This document shows, piece after piece, positions 8,308 through 17,530 of a stretch of 37,376 bases of DNA; position 1 is the stretch's first letter; the number at the start of each line of letters is the position of its first letter. Below the pieces are notes generated by a model that saw only the letters and a program-made list of their open reading frames with translations, did no database searches and was not told the DNA's origin. The position numbers and the translations under genes were made by a program. This stretch comes from Rhodospirillaceae bacterium (GTDB lineage: Bacteria; Pseudomonadota; Alphaproteobacteria; Dongiales; Dongiaceae), in NCBI GenBank assembly GCA_016794075.1, contig JAEUKU010000032.1:1-37376 (forward strand), written 5' to 3'.

Positions 8308-9366
8308 CTAGGCCAGCTTCAGCACCATGCGCCCTAAGATCTTGCCGGCGCGCATCTCGTCGAAGATCTCGTTGATCCTGGTCAGCGGCGCGGTCTTGAT
8401 CTTCGCCGTCACCAGTCCGTTGGCGGCGAAGGCGACCGCCTCGTTGAGGTCGAGCCGGGTGCCGACATTGGAGCCGCGCACCGACAATTCCCAGTTGGTG
8501 ATGGCGGAGATCGAGGCGCGGATCTCGTCCTTCTTGCCGCCGGGCAGGCCGATATAGCAGACGGTGCCCGCCGGGCGCAGCATGCCGATCGCCTGCTCGA
8601 AGGCCTGCGGCGCGACGGCGGTGACGATGGCGCCATGGACACCGCCGATCTTCTCCTGCAGCACCCGGGGCGCATTGTGCGTGCGGCCGTTCACCGTGAC
8701 CTCGGCGCCGAGCTTCTTGGCGAGCTTCAGCTTCTCGTCGTCGACATCGACCGCGGCGACGCGATAACCCATCGCCTTGGCGTATTGCACGGCGATGTGG
8801 CCGAGGCCGCCGATGCCGATCACCGCGACCCACTGGCCGGCCCGCGCATTGGTGCGCTTCAGGCCGCGATAGGTGGTGACGCCGGCGCAGAGGATCGGCG
8901 CCAACTGGTAGAAATCGACGCCCTTGGGCAGCAGCGCGACGAAGGCGGCATCGGCCACCATGTATTCGGCATAACCGCCGGGCTTGGAATAGCCGGTCGC
9001 CTCGCCGGCCTTGCAGATGGTCTCCATGCCCGCCATGCAGAACTCGCACTTGCCGCAGGCGCTGTACATCCAGGGCACGCCGATTGCGTCGCCGACCTTG
9101 AGATCGCTGACGCCCTCGCCGAGCGCCGCGACGTGGCCGGCGACCTCGTGGCCCGGGATGAGCGGCAGGTTGGGGAGCGGCGTCCAGTCGCCGTCGATGG
9201 CGTGCAGGTCGGAATGGCAGACGCCGCAGGCCGTGACCCTGATCAGCACTTCGCCGCGCCCGGGCTTGGGCACCGGCAGCTTCTCGATCTTCAGCCTGTC
9301 GCCGATCTTGTGCAGGACCGCCGCCTGCATGGTGGTGGGCACGCTCGCCGTCTTGCTTTTCGCCAT
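8308..9366 (-). CDS. adhP: Zinc-dependent alcohol dehydrogenase (AdhP-like)
   Basis: CGVCHSDLH, GHE, structural Zn CGKCEFC...C, LCAGVTTY and GIGGLGH motifs. Confidence 0.9.
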   Translation of the reverse strand: MAKSKTASVPTTMQAAVLHKIGDRLKIEKLPVPKPGRGEVLIRVTACGVCHSDLHAIDGDWTPLPNLPLIPGHEVAGHVAALGEGVSDLKVGDAIGVPWMYSACGKCEFCMAGMETICKAGEATGYSKPGGYAEYMVADAAFVALLPKGVDFYQLAPILCAGVTTYRGLKRTNARAGQWVAVIGIGGLGHIAVQYAKAMGYRVAAVDVDDEKLKLAKKLGAEVTVNGRTHNAPRVLQEKIGGVHGAIVTAVAPQAFEQAIGMLRPAGTVCYIGLPGGKKDEIRASISAITNWELSVRGSNVGTRLDLNEAVAFAANGLVTAKIKTAPLTRINEIFDEMRAGKILGRMVLKLA

Positions 9367-9611
9367 TGGTCCCTCGATTGGTCTCGCCCGCGTTGCGATG
9401 CATCCTGGGCATCGTCGTTCCGCGCCAGCTTAGTCGAGCCCGCCGGGATTTGCCCAGGGCGATCGCGCGTCGCGGGATGCGACAAGACGTGCATTGGGCA
9501 AGGAGTCTCATGCGTTCCTATCGCCAGCCGGAAAAGCCGCTGCTAGACTTTCGCGGAAGCTAGGGCCGCGCCGCAACCGGCCGGCGACACAACGACGGGA
9601 CGGAGAGGGAC

Positions 9612-10793
9612 ATGAGCAAGACCTGGTACGGCGATCTGCCGCAATACTATCAGCGCCAGATCAAGGCGATGGGCCTGGACGAGGCGGGCATGACGCGCCG
9701 CCGCCTGATGAAGAGCGCCGCGGCCGCCGCCGGCATCGCGACCTTCGGCGGCACGCTGAATCGGGCCCGCGCGGCCACGCAGATGCAATACATGTGCTGG
9801 GAAGGCTACAACGATCCGCGCATCATCGATCCGTTCAACGCTGCGAACGATACCGATATCTCCTTCGACCTGATCGTGGATTCCCCCGGCGGCTTCGCCA
9901 AGCTGCAGGCAGGCGCCAGCCGCGAAGTCGATCTGGTGTCGAGCGACATGCCGTGGATCACCCGCATGGGACCGGCCGGCCTCGCGCTGGAGCTCAATCC
10001 GGACGAATACGCCGACGTCTATGCCACCTTCTACGACCAGTTCAAGCCGCCCTTCGAGCCGCTGCTGCACGACGGCAAGACCATCGGCGTCGCCACCCGC
10101 TGGGGCTGGGTCGGCCCCTGCATCAACACCGACGTCACCAACCCGGACGAGTGGAAGAGCTACGATCCGGTGTTCGACGCCAAGAACAAGGACAAGATCT
10201 GCGTCATGGATTGGGGCGACTGGCCGATCCTGCCCATGGCGCTCTATGCCGGCATCAATCCGTACGAGGAACTGGACGGCGCCGCGCTGGAGGAGATCCG
10301 CAAGGTGCTGCGCGCCATGTTCAAGAACACCCGCACCCTGGTCGCGGACCTCACCCAGGCGCAGAAGGGCCTGCTTGACGGCTCCCTCCTGGGCTGCATC
10401 GGCGCCGGCTCCTACCTCACCTCGGCGGTCCGCAAGCAGGGCCACAAGAACATCGTCGGCCGCGTGCCGGATCCGAAGAACGGCTTGAAGCAGGGCATCA
10501 TCTGGGTCGAAGCGACGGCGATCCTCAAGGAGACCGACCAGCCGGAGCTGGCGCAGAAGCTGCTGAAGCACGTCGTCTCCAAGGAGAGCGGCCACATCCT
10601 GTCGCTGCTCGACACCACCTGCAACGTGGTTACCAACAAGTCGGTGGAAGAGCTCTACACCGACGAGGAGAAGAGCATCCTCGAGGTCGACTACATGTGG
10701 CACGCCTACGACAATTCCGAGATGCACCGCATCGCGCCCAATGTCGACGACATGCTGGCGATCTGGTCGGAAGAGTTGGCGGCGGCGCAGTAG
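9612..10793 (+). CDS. PotD/PotF-like ABC substrate-binding protein with Tat signal
   Basis: GGAGAGG RBS; TRRRLMK twin-arginine motif followed by a hydrophobic stretch and ARA; WEGY motif; heads an ABC operon. Confidence 0.88.
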   Translation: MSKTWYGDLPQYYQRQIKAMGLDEAGMTRRRLMKSAAAAAGIATFGGTLNRARAATQMQYMCWEGYNDPRIIDPFNAANDTDISFDLIVDSPGGFAKLQAGASREVDLVSSDMPWITRMGPAGLALELNPDEYADVYATFYDQFKPPFEPLLHDGKTIGVATRWGWVGPCINTDVTNPDEWKSYDPVFDAKNKDKICVMDWGDWPILPMALYAGINPYEELDGAALEEIRKVLRAMFKNTRTLVADLTQAQKGLLDGSLLGCIGAGSYLTSAVRKQGHKNIVGRVPDPKNGLKQGIIWVEATAILKETDQPELAQKLLKHVVSKESGHILSLLDTTCNVVTNKSVEELYTDEEKSILEVDYMWHAYDNSEMHRIAPNVDDMLAIWSEELAAAQ

Positions 10794-10821
10794 CAGGCGC
10801 CGACATCGCAAACATGCTCTG

Positions 10822-10925
10822 TCGTCATGGCAAGGCTTGGCCTTGCCATCCACGAGTTTCGTTGCGCGAGACCGCGTTGTTGCAGATGAACTCGTGGATC
10901 CCAAGGCCAAGCCTTGGGATGACGA
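10822..10925. repeat. REP/MITE-like palindromic element, family A
   Basis: TCGTCATGGCAAGGCTTGGCCTTGCCATCCACGAGTT ... AACTCGTGGATCCCAAGGCCAAGCCTTGGGATGACGA long inverted repeat. Confidence 0.85.
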
Positions 10926-10952
10926 TTGAGTAGCGTGATAGAGCAGGGGGGC

Positions 10953-12062
10953 ATGGCCGAGACCATTCTCGACATCGTCGACGTGAAGAAGAACTACGGC
11001 CCCGCGCAGGCGCTGAAGGGCGTCAGCCTGCGGGTCGAGCGCGGTGAGTTCGTGGCGCTGGTGGGGCCGTCGGGCTGCGGCAAGACAACGCTGCTGAAGC
11101 AGATCGCCGGCTTCGAAGAGCCGAGCTCCGGCCGCATCGCCATCGAGGGCCGCGACATGGCCGGCGTGCCGGCGTCGGAGCGGCCGACCAGCATGGTGTT
11201 CCAGAAGCTGGCCCTGTTCCCGCACATGAATGTGGCGCAGAACATCGGCTTCCCGCTGAAGCTGCGCGGCCACCCGGCGGCGACGATCGCGGTCAAAGTG
11301 CGCGAGATGGCCGATCTCATGCATCTGAAGCCGGAATACCTGGCGCGCTTCCCGCGCCAGCTGTCCGGCGGCGAGCAGCAGCGCGTGGCGCTCGCCCGCT
11401 CGATGATCTCGGCGCCCAAGCTGCTGCTGCTCGACGAGCCGCTCTCGGCGCTCGACGTGAAGCTTAAAAAGGTGCTGCAGGCCGAGCTGAAGCGCCTGCA
11501 CCGCAGCGTCGGCGTGACCTTCGTGCATGTGACGCACGATCTCGAGGAGGCGATGATGCTGGCCGACCGCATCTGCGTGATGCGCGGCGGCGAGGCGCTG
11601 CAGATCGGCCGGCCCAACGACATCTACTACCGTCCGGCCGACGCGTTCGTTGCCGGCTTCATCGGCGACACCAATCTCCTGCCGGTCCTGGTGATGGAGG
11701 TGGCGGCGGATCATATCCGCTACCGCTCGCAGGAGATCGGCGACATCGACTTCACCCTGCCGCGCGCGCTGGCGGCGCCGGACATCGCGACCGGCCCGGC
11801 CAAGCTGATGGTACGACCCGAGCTGCTCAACATCAGCGACGGCACGATCGGCTATCCCTGCTCCATGGGCGTGGAGATCGTCGAGACCTTCGGCAAGGGC
11901 GGCGCCATCCAGTTCCGCGCGGTCACGCCCACCGGCCAGCCGGTGGTGGTCGAGGTCCCCGGCACCTCGCATTGGCCGGCGCGGCTCGGCGAGCGGGTGC
12001 GCCTCGGCTGGCACAAGCAGGACATCTACCTGCTGTCCGATCGCGCGCGGGGCGCTTCATGA
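10953..12062 (+). CDS. PotA-like ABC transporter ATP-binding subunit
   Basis: GPSGCGKTT, LSGGEQQRVALAR, LLLDEP and HVTHD motifs, C-terminal TOBE-like region; ATG 10953. Confidence 0.93.
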   Translation: MAETILDIVDVKKNYGPAQALKGVSLRVERGEFVALVGPSGCGKTTLLKQIAGFEEPSSGRIAIEGRDMAGVPASERPTSMVFQKLALFPHMNVAQNIGFPLKLRGHPAATIAVKVREMADLMHLKPEYLARFPRQLSGGEQQRVALARSMISAPKLLLLDEPLSALDVKLKKVLQAELKRLHRSVGVTFVHVTHDLEEAMMLADRICVMRGGEALQIGRPNDIYYRPADAFVAGFIGDTNLLPVLVMEVAADHIRYRSQEIGDIDFTLPRALAAPDIATGPAKLMVRPELLNISDGTIGYPCSMGVEIVETFGKGGAIQFRAVTPTGQPVVVEVPGTSHWPARLGERVRLGWHKQDIYLLSDRARGAS

Positions 12063-12937
12063 TCGGCGACGAAGGCGAGCCGCGCCGCTGGGCGCAGCCG
12101 GAGCTCTGGGCCAAGGCGCTGCCCAGCGTCCTCTTGCAGACGGCATTCTTCCTGGTGCCGCTGTTGATGACCCTGGTGCTGACCTTCCAGGAGACCAGGA
12201 ATTTCATGCTGGACTGGGCCTGGTCGCTGAAGATCTGGACCGACGTCTTCACCAAGCCGCACTACTGGACCATTCTCTGGCACACGCTGTGGATGGCGGC
12301 GCTCTGCACCGCGCTCTGCGTGTTGATCGCGCTGCCCGTCGCCTATGCCCTGGCGACGCGGCTGAAGGAGATGAGCGGCCAGGTGAAGGTGCTGATCACC
12401 TTCGCCTTCCTGACCGACGCGACCTTGAAGACCTTCGGCTGGGTGCTGTTCCTGGACCAGAAGGGCGCCGGCAACTTCCTGCTGGCCAGGCTCGGCCTGC
12501 CACCGGAGCTGATCGGCATTCTCTACAGCGATTGGGCGACGCTGCTGGGCATGGTCTACAACCTGCTCGCCTTCACCATCTTCACCATCTATCTCTCGAT
12601 CGACAACATCGACCGCTCGCTGATCCTCGCCGCCTATGACGCGGGGGCGAGCAAATGGCGCGCCTTCTGGGAGGTGACGCTGCCGTTGTGCCGCCCCGGG
12701 ATCTGGACCGGCAGCGTGCTGGTGTTCCTGCTCAGCGTCGGCGTGTTCCTGGAGCCCAAGGTGCTGGGCGGCGGCAAGTCGCCTATGTCGGCGGAATTGA
12801 TCCGGCAGACCTTCGAGACGCGGGTGAACTGGCCGCTGGGCGCCGCCCTCACCATCGTGCTCATGGTCGCGGCGGTGTTCTGCATCCTGCTGTTCAACCG
12901 GCTCTACAGCCTGCGCGCTGCAGGGACGGCGCGATGA
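12059..12937 (+). CDS. PotB-like ABC permease
   Basis: ATGA overlap with the ATPase, multiple TM helices, EAA-like loop LILAAYDAGAS, NWPLGAAL. Confidence 0.9.
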   Translation: MIGDEGEPRRWAQPELWAKALPSVLLQTAFFLVPLLMTLVLTFQETRNFMLDWAWSLKIWTDVFTKPHYWTILWHTLWMAALCTALCVLIALPVAYALATRLKEMSGQVKVLITFAFLTDATLKTFGWVLFLDQKGAGNFLLARLGLPPELIGILYSDWATLLGMVYNLLAFTIFTIYLSIDNIDRSLILAAYDAGASKWRAFWEVTLPLCRPGIWTGSVLVFLLSVGVFLEPKVLGGGKSPMSAELIRQTFETRVNWPLGAALTIVLMVAAVFCILLFNRLYSLRAAGTAR

Positions 12938-13749
12938 ATGCCCGCCTTTCCGACCGGCTGATCGACCTGCTGCTCTATGGCAGCGTCGCCGCCGTGCTCG
13001 TGTTCTTCTACATCCCGATCTTCACCCTGATCGGCTTCTCGTTCCAGGAAGGGCGCTACCTGACGCTGCCCTTCGAGGGCGTCTCGCTGCGCTGGTACGG
13101 CGAGCTGTTCAGGAATGCCGCCGCCGGCAACGCGCTGTGGAATTCCACCCTGATCGCCATCGTCGCCATGCTGTTCAGCACCGCGCTCGGCACCGCGGCG
13201 GCGATCGTCGCCGTGCGTTATCGCTTCCGCGGCAAGACTGCCTTCCTCGGTCTCGCCGCCGCGCCGCTGGCCTTCCCGCAATTGCTGATGGGCGTGGTGC
13301 TGCTGTTGTGGTTCTCGGTGCTGGGGCGCTGGCTCGACTTCAACACCGGCATGGTGACGGCGATCATTGGCCACATCGTCTACATCACGCCATTCGCCAT
13401 GATCATCGTCGCCGTGCAGGTGTTCAATTTCGATGCCAGCCTCGAGGACGCCGCGCGGGATTGCGGCGCCAAGGCGTGGGAGGTCTATCGCTACGTCACC
13501 ATCCCGCTGCTGTGGCCCGGCATCTTCTCGGCGGCGATCTTCTCGTTCCTGCTGAGCTGGGGCAATTTCTACCTGACCTACTCGCTGGCCGGCTCGACCC
13601 GCACCCTGCCGACCTTCGTCTTCAGCGGCATCGCCACCGGCTCCTCGCCGCTCTACCCGGCGATGGCGACGGTGGTGTTCATTCCGGGCATCATCCTGGT
13701 GATGGCGGCCGACGCGCTGCGGCGCCGGGCGGCGCGGAAGCTCGCCTAG
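12934..13749 (+). CDS. PotC-like ABC permease
   Basis: ATGA overlap, SLRWY, EAA loop LEDAARDCGA. Confidence 0.9.
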   Translation: MNARLSDRLIDLLLYGSVAAVLVFFYIPIFTLIGFSFQEGRYLTLPFEGVSLRWYGELFRNAAAGNALWNSTLIAIVAMLFSTALGTAAAIVAVRYRFRGKTAFLGLAAAPLAFPQLLMGVVLLLWFSVLGRWLDFNTGMVTAIIGHIVYITPFAMIIVAVQVFNFDASLEDAARDCGAKAWEVYRYVTIPLLWPGIFSAAIFSFLLSWGNFYLTYSLAGSTRTLPTFVFSGIATGSSPLYPAMATVVFIPGIILVMAADALRRRAARKLA

Positions 13750-14301
13750 CTAGTCGTCGTCCGAGGGCTGCAGGTCGGAATGCCGCCAGTCGAAATGGGC
13801 GAGCATGGCGCGGGCATCTATGTCAAACTCATTTCGATAGTGATGCTCGTGAGGTGCCGGTATTCTGACCAGCCCATTTTGAAACCCCAATGCCGACAGG
13901 CATCGTTCATATTCGGCGAGCGGACCATAGGCATAGATGATGTTGTGCCGATCCCAAACGATCGTCGCTCTTGCGGCGGGGTCGTGGAACCAGAGATGGA
14001 ACCGCCCGTCGCTGCGCAGGTAGTCCTGGAACCGGTTTAGCAGCGCATCCACTTGGTCCCAGTCGACGAGCGGGCTTTGGTAGCGCCCGGTGTCTCCTTC
14101 TCCCCGCGGCACCACAAGCACATACAGAACATAGAATGGCCCGTCGAGGCAGCGGAGCAGGGCTTGGGCCACGGCGATATCACCGCCTGGAACGCCGATC
14201 TTGAGCAGTTCAATGTTGCTGTCGGTTCGCATAAGCTGGAAGACCGGCGGGTGCGAGTATTCCACCCACGAGCCCTCGAGAAACTGGCCTAGCCGATACA
14301 T
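13750..14301 (-). CDS. Hypothetical protein, lower GC than flanks
   Basis: Open frame with GGAG RBS before ATG 14301 (MYRLGQF); globular-looking sequence with YVL..PRG...GRYQSP, WDRHNIIYAYGP and PHEHHY. Confidence 0.7.
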   Translation of the reverse strand: MYRLGQFLEGSWVEYSHPPVFQLMRTDSNIELLKIGVPGGDIAVAQALLRCLDGPFYVLYVLVVPRGEGDTGRYQSPLVDWDQVDALLNRFQDYLRSDGRFHLWFHDPAARATIVWDRHNIIYAYGPLAEYERCLSALGFQNGLVRIPAPHEHHYRNEFDIDARAMLAHFDWRHSDLQPSDDD

Positions 14302-14370
14302 CGCCGTCTCCGTCATAAAGAACAACGTCCTACAAGACCAAAGCTTTGGCTTCAATGGGCCGAGGCCGCG

Positions 14371-15270
14371 TCAACGCTGCGCCGCGCATTGCTTCAGGCG
14401 GTCGAGGCCGCCGAAGCGCTGGATCGCGGCGATGCCGGCCTCGGCGATCTGGGCCGGGCCGTAGGGCGCGGCGACGGCGGCGCCGGGAAAGACCAGAGTC
14501 ACCACATCGTGCGGCACCACCAGCTTGCGCATGGTGCGGCCGGTCACCGTCCTGGGGTCGATGGGGACGCCCTTGATCGCGGCGGCCAGCGCGATGGAGG
14601 CTTCGCCGAGCTTGTTGCGGGGGCCGAGATCGCCGACCACCGCGAAGGTGTAGAGCTGAGTCTCCGGATCGATGACGAAGGCGAGGTCGCCGAGCCGCGC
14701 GCCGCCGTCGCCGAGGAAGGCGCTACGCTTGGGCAGGACCAGAAAGGGTACGACGCGGGCATCGAGATAGCGCCGCTGGTCGGTTTCTTTATACGCCTTG
14801 TTCTGCAGCGACGTGGCGGAGACGAAATAGCCCGCATAGGCGCCGGATTCCTGCACCACCGGCTCATGCCGCGTCTTGTCGCGCGTGACGATGCCATGCC
14901 AGACGATGCGCGTCGGCCCATGCCAGCCATCTTCCTGCGCCGCCTTCACATCGGCGAGGAAGCGATCGCAATCCTGGTGGCCGTCATAGGCGCCTTCGGT
15001 CGAGAAGACGCGCCCGGCATTGCACAGGGTATTAAGGGCGCCGCCCGGGCGGCCGTCGATGTGATAGGCGTTGGGCGCGCCATCGGTATTGATGGCGAGC
15101 GGGCTGCGGAATTTCAGTGCCGATCCCATGAGCCGAGTCACGGTTGCGCTTCCCTTCTGGAGGGGATGGGAAAAGCCGAAAGATTCCGCGCAAACGGCTC
15201 GGGCCTCTCCGGCCGGAATCCAGAGCAAGGCGAATACCGCGAAGGCCAGGGACGATCGGAAGTGTTGCAT
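14371..15270 (-). CDS. Secreted GH75 (chitosanase)-like glycoside hydrolase
   Basis: Signal peptide; INTDGAP..YH, LDARVVPFLVLP, LGDLAFV and VVGDLGP..KLGEASIALA motifs; start could be 15270 or 15294. Confidence 0.7.
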   Translation of the reverse strand: MQHFRSSLAFAVFALLWIPAGEARAVCAESFGFSHPLQKGSATVTRLMGSALKFRSPLAINTDGAPNAYHIDGRPGGALNTLCNAGRVFSTEGAYDGHQDCDRFLADVKAAQEDGWHGPTRIVWHGIVTRDKTRHEPVVQESGAYAGYFVSATSLQNKAYKETDQRRYLDARVVPFLVLPKRSAFLGDGGARLGDLAFVIDPETQLYTFAVVGDLGPRNKLGEASIALAAAIKGVPIDPRTVTGRTMRKLVVPHDVVTLVFPGAAVAAPYGPAQIAEAGIAAIQRFGGLDRLKQCAAQR

Positions 15271-15357
15271 TGCCGTCGAATGCCGGATTGCCACGCTTTC
15301 ATGCCTACCGGAAAATGATTAACCGGCCGTTGCCGCGACTCATGCCGGGGATTGATT

Positions 15358-15374
15358 TTGGCATGCCGGATGCA
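15358..15374 (+). promoter_or_regulatory. Candidate sigma-54 (-24/-12) promoter for the cyclase gene
   Basis: TTGGCATG-CCGG-ATGCA with GG-N10-GC spacing, about 100 bp upstream of ATG 15476. Confidence 0.4.
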
Positions 15375-15475
15375 ATCGATACGGGCGATGGCGTGCTTGA
15401 TCTCTGGCCACGCCGCGCTATTCGCGCATAATGCGTGCTGCCGACGCGGGTTGGCCCGACCCCTGGAGCGACGCC

Positions 15476-16738
15476 ATGAGCTACCCAGTCCCGGACAACG
15501 AAACCGATCGCTTGGCCGCTGTGCGCGCGACCGGCTTGCTCGATAGCGGACCGGAGATTGGCTACAGCGATATCGGCGAATTGGCCGCCCAGATCTGCCA
15601 GTGCCCCGTCTCTTATGTCGGCTTCATGGATGATGACCGCCTATGGCTGAAGGCCAAATACGGCCTACCGCCGGACTTCAACCAGTGCCCGCGCGAGATC
15701 GCTTTTTGCACCAGCACGGTCTGCGGCGTCGAGATGGTGAACGCGCCGGACGTCACCGAGCATCCCTGGTTCAAGGACCTGCCCTTCGTTACCGGTCCGC
15801 CGCACTTCCGCTTCTATTGCGGCCTGCCGCTGGTCACGCCAGAGGGCTATGTGCTGGGCACCCTGTGCGTGATGGACTTCCAGGTGCGCCACCTGACCCA
15901 CGAGCAGATCGAGGCGCTGCGTCGCCTGTCGCGCCAGCTTCTGTCCCAGCTCGAGCTGCGGCGGCGGCTGGTGGAACTGGACCAGGCGCGCGCCGAGGCG
16001 GCGCAGGAGCGGGAACGGTCGGAAACCCTGCTGACGGGCGTCTTTCCGCGCGCCATCGCGGAAGAGTTGAAGGGGCAGGGCAAGGCGCCACCGCGCTACT
16101 TCCGCACGAGCACCATCCTGTTCGCCGACATGAAGCATTTCACAGTGCTGACCGAGCAGGTGGAGCCGGTGGCGCTGATCAGCCTGCTCGACCAATACTT
16201 CAGCAGCTTCGACGAGATCTGCGCTCGTCACCGGCTGGAACGCATCAAGACCATGGGCGACGCCTACCTGGCAATCGCCGGCGTTCCGCAGGAGGCTCCT
16301 TCGCATGCGGTCGATGCCTGTCTGGCGGCGTTGGAGATGCAGGCGACGGTCGCGCGCATGAAGGCGCAGCGTGACAAGGCGCGCCTGCCGTCGCTGGAGG
16401 TTCGCATCGGCCTGCATTCCGGACCGGTGATCGCAGGCCTGATCGGCAAGAGACGCTTCAGCTACGATATCTGGGGCGATGCCGTGAATACCGCGGCGCT
16501 GATGGAGGAGCACAGCCTGCCGGGGCGGGTCAATGTGTCGGACAGTGTTGCCGGGCACGTCGCCGCCCTGTTCGAGCTGGAGACGCGCGGATGCGTACCC
16601 GTGAAGAACAAAGGGCCGCTCGGAATGCATTTCCTGAACGGCCTCGTGCCCGGCCTTGCACGTGATTCTGAGCGGTGGCAGCCGAACGAGCGTTTCACGG
16701 CCGAGCGCAACCGGCTGTTGACCGGGTTTGCCGGCTAG
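15476..16738 (+). CDS. GAF domain + class III adenylate/guanylate cyclase
   Basis: GAF: PDNETDRL, FC, RFYCGLPLVTPEGYVLGTLCV; cyclase: ILFADMKHFT, IKTMGDAY, RIGLHSGPVIAG, YDIWGDAVN, VKNKG. Confidence 0.9.
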   Translation: MSYPVPDNETDRLAAVRATGLLDSGPEIGYSDIGELAAQICQCPVSYVGFMDDDRLWLKAKYGLPPDFNQCPREIAFCTSTVCGVEMVNAPDVTEHPWFKDLPFVTGPPHFRFYCGLPLVTPEGYVLGTLCVMDFQVRHLTHEQIEALRRLSRQLLSQLELRRRLVELDQARAEAAQERERSETLLTGVFPRAIAEELKGQGKAPPRYFRTSTILFADMKHFTVLTEQVEPVALISLLDQYFSSFDEICARHRLERIKTMGDAYLAIAGVPQEAPSHAVDACLAALEMQATVARMKAQRDKARLPSLEVRIGLHSGPVIAGLIGKRRFSYDIWGDAVNTAALMEEHSLPGRVNVSDSVAGHVAALFELETRGCVPVKNKGPLGMHFLNGLVPGLARDSERWQPNERFTAERNRLLTGFAG

Positions 16739-16786
16739 GTGCCGGCACCGCCATGATGGATGGATCGATATGAAGGAGAGATGCGT

Positions 16787-17392
16787 ATGACCACCGGCGA
16801 GCTGAAGACTATCCCCGCCCGCCACGGGCGGGCGCAGCGCCTGTCCAAGGGCCAGTCGATCAAGATCATCAACACCCATGGCGCCCAGGTGGTCGACACC
16901 TGGTGCTTCAGCGCGGAAAACCTGCGCGAATTCATGTCGATGGAGCATATGCGCCCGACCCTTGGCCGGCTGTGGCCGCGCCAGGGAGATGCCCTGCACT
17001 CCAACCGCCGCCGGCCGATCCTGACCTTGGTCGAGGACACTTCGCCGGGGCGGCACGACACCATCATCGCCGCCTGCGACGACTACCGCTACGGGCTGCT
17101 CGGCTGCACCGAATACCACGACAATTGCACCGACAACCTTATCGCCGCCATGCGCCAGCTGGGCCTTGAGGTCCAGGAGGTGCCGAGCCCGCTGAACCTC
17201 TGGATGAACATCCCCGTGGCGCCCGACGGGGCGACGTCCTGGGGCGAGCCCTTGTCCAAGCCGGGCGACTACGTGGTGCTGCGGTCGGAGATGGATTGCA
17301 TCGTCGCCATGTCGGCCTGCCCGCAGGACATCCTGCCGATCAACGGCAAGGCCTGTTCGCCCACCGAGGCGCATTACCAGGTTCTTGGCTGA
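16787..17392 (+). CDS. DUF1989 / urea-carboxylase-associated family protein
   Basis: IPARHG, GAQVVDTW, HDT..AACD, HDNCTDN, LNLWMNIP and SACPQD motifs; AAGGAG RBS. Confidence 0.88.
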   Translation: MTTGELKTIPARHGRAQRLSKGQSIKIINTHGAQVVDTWCFSAENLREFMSMEHMRPTLGRLWPRQGDALHSNRRRPILTLVEDTSPGRHDTIIAACDDYRYGLLGCTEYHDNCTDNLIAAMRQLGLEVQEVPSPLNLWMNIPVAPDGATSWGEPLSKPGDYVVLRSEMDCIVAMSACPQDILPINGKACSPTEAHYQVLG

Positions 17393-17442
17393 GCCCTCGG
17401 CGCGCGGCGCGGCTTTCCACAACGGTGTTAAGACATTTTTAT

Positions 17443-17475
17443 TGCGCTGCACAATATACCTTGTGCAGCGCACAA
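17443..17475. promoter_or_regulatory. Paired PhaR/AniA-like operator
   Basis: Perfect 12-bp inverted repeat TGCGCTGCACAA-N6-TTGTGCAGCGCA; TGCGCTGCACAA and TGCAGCGCACAA both fit TGC-N3-GCA. Confidence 0.6.
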
Positions 17476-17530
17476 GCCGACCTATATTAGTTTCTGTCAG
17501 GGGTTGAGGCTTGCGCCAAAGGAAATGGCA

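Noticed and set aside
10926-10952. TTG start for the ABC ATPase
   Set aside because: Abuts the repeat element; ATG 10953 has a purine-rich RBS and gives a normal N-terminus
15319-15333. CtrA box
   Set aside because: Only one TTAA half-site (TTAA-N7-TTGC), too weak to call
1946-16738. Dedicated cyclase-to-cNMP-acyltransferase signalling pair
   Set aside because: More than 12 kb apart with unrelated genes between; no sequence evidence of linkage
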